Shown here: in pieces, positions 62,948 through 64,000 of the stretch
Layout of the letters: every line of letters begins with the position of its first letter
How positions within the stretch are numbered: position 1 is the stretch's first letter
Assembly: GCA_046563655.1 (NCBI GenBank)
Contig: CM102288.1
Location: 6,448,001-6,512,000, forward strand
Direction of reading: 5' to 3'
DNA from: Yuukianura sp. NJ FZ-2021
Taxonomy: Eukaryota
Length of the DNA: 64,000 nt
Position numbers and translations under genes: made by a program
The notes under the pieces: model-generated
The model's input: the letters and a program-made list of their open reading frames with translations, nothing else
The model's database searches: none
Told to the model about the DNA's origin: nothing

Positions 62948-64000
62948 ATGCAAATTCTACGGTTTCTGCACAGGGGGAGAGTTTTCCAGTTTCCAGTCGT
63001 AGAAAAAAGTATCCTGGCTAAACTGCGCAAGTCCACTGGCTACTCTTTCTCCAAGTGCAAGGAAGCTCTCCAGAAACATGAAAACGATCTAAAACAAGTA
63101 ATCTCTTCAATTAACTTTCCAAAGTAATTAGTTAATTCACTAATTTTAGTAAACTAAACTCACTTTTTGATTGTTTAGGCTGAACAGTGGCTCAAAGCCC
63201 AGGCTCAAGCACACGGTTGGGAGAAGGCGACGAAACTGCAAGGAAGATCCACAGTGCAGGGCCTCGTCTCCATTTTATCTACTCCATCCGACACGGTCAT
63301 CCTGGAGGTCAACTGTGAAACTGACTTTGTTGCAAGGAACAAACGATTCCAAGGGCTCGTCCAGAAAATCACTCAAGGATGCTACCAGTTCACCACCGAA
63401 CAACATTCTGGAGCAATCTTAACCAAGGTACAAAACTTCCTAACAAACTCTTACTAAACTGATGATTCAATTAACTTATAGGATGCTAAACATGACTATT
63501 TTTTATAGCTTCCGTTGACTGGTGATGAGATTGGGAACCTTCCCCTTGGGGAGCGGCCAATCAAGGACGAAGTTGCTTTGGGAATTGGTGACCTTGGAGA
63601 GAACATCAAAACTCGGAGAGGAGTTTGTGTGCACACGGATGGTTCAGTTCTGCTAGCTGGCTACACTCACCCAACACCGGAGGCGCCACTGGGCCAGGAA
63701 ACTGTTCAGTTTGGGAAATACGGAGCAGTCGTCGCTCTGCGTCCAACGGGAGGGGTTTTGAACGACGCTTCCAAGAAATCACTCAGTCTCATCGGTCGGC
63801 AACTCTGTCAACACATCGTGGGTAAGTTCACTTTTCAAAATTTACATTTGCTAAAAAGTATATATGACTTAAAATGTGATCATTTCAGGTATGAATCCAA
63901 AGGAAATTGGTTCTCTAGATGACCCGCCTCCGAAAAGACCTGAAGCGGAGCCAGATCGGCATGAATCGACAGTTGCAGAAACAGGAACTTCTGGAATTGA
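62948..64000 (+). CDS. TSFM: Mitochondrial elongation factor Ts (partial; continues beyond the right edge)
   Basis: LAKLRKSTGYSFSKCKEAL, AEQWLKAQAQAHGWEKATKLQGR, ILEVNCETDFVARN, LGENIKTRR, GRQLCQHIVGMNP. Confidence 0.96.

Overview
Eukaryotic, gene-dense, intron-rich genomic DNA, about 38-40% GC by eye, with mostly 50-100 nt GT-AG introns. It is most likely a compact-genome arthropod, given the (TTAGG)n tract, DRE motifs and dimmed-type bHLH gene. The window has about 17 protein-coding genes: FER (partial), RAB40, GID4, a SUN-domain gene, RRN3, ALG1, ALG6, RPS15A, COX17, MRPL12, dimmed, PARN, TADA3, MRPS22, an unknown coiled-coil gene, PERK and TSFM (partial). It also has an intact BEL/Pao LTR retrotransposon, several MITEs with clear TIRs/TSDs, tandem repeats and an intronic box C/D snoRNA. 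Four observations stand out. (1) A ~2.1-kb inverted duplication appears to supply the promoter, 5'UTR exon and first intron of two unrelated mitoribosomal genes, MRPL12 and MRPS22, 27 kb apart. (2) The SUN protein carries about 12 tandem copies of the helix preceding its SUN domain. (3) The retrotransposon leader has duplicated, covarying hairpins. (4) TADA3 has a frame discontinuity. No CRISPR array or prokaryotic system is supported. Gene coordinates span introns, and exon boundaries were read by eye.
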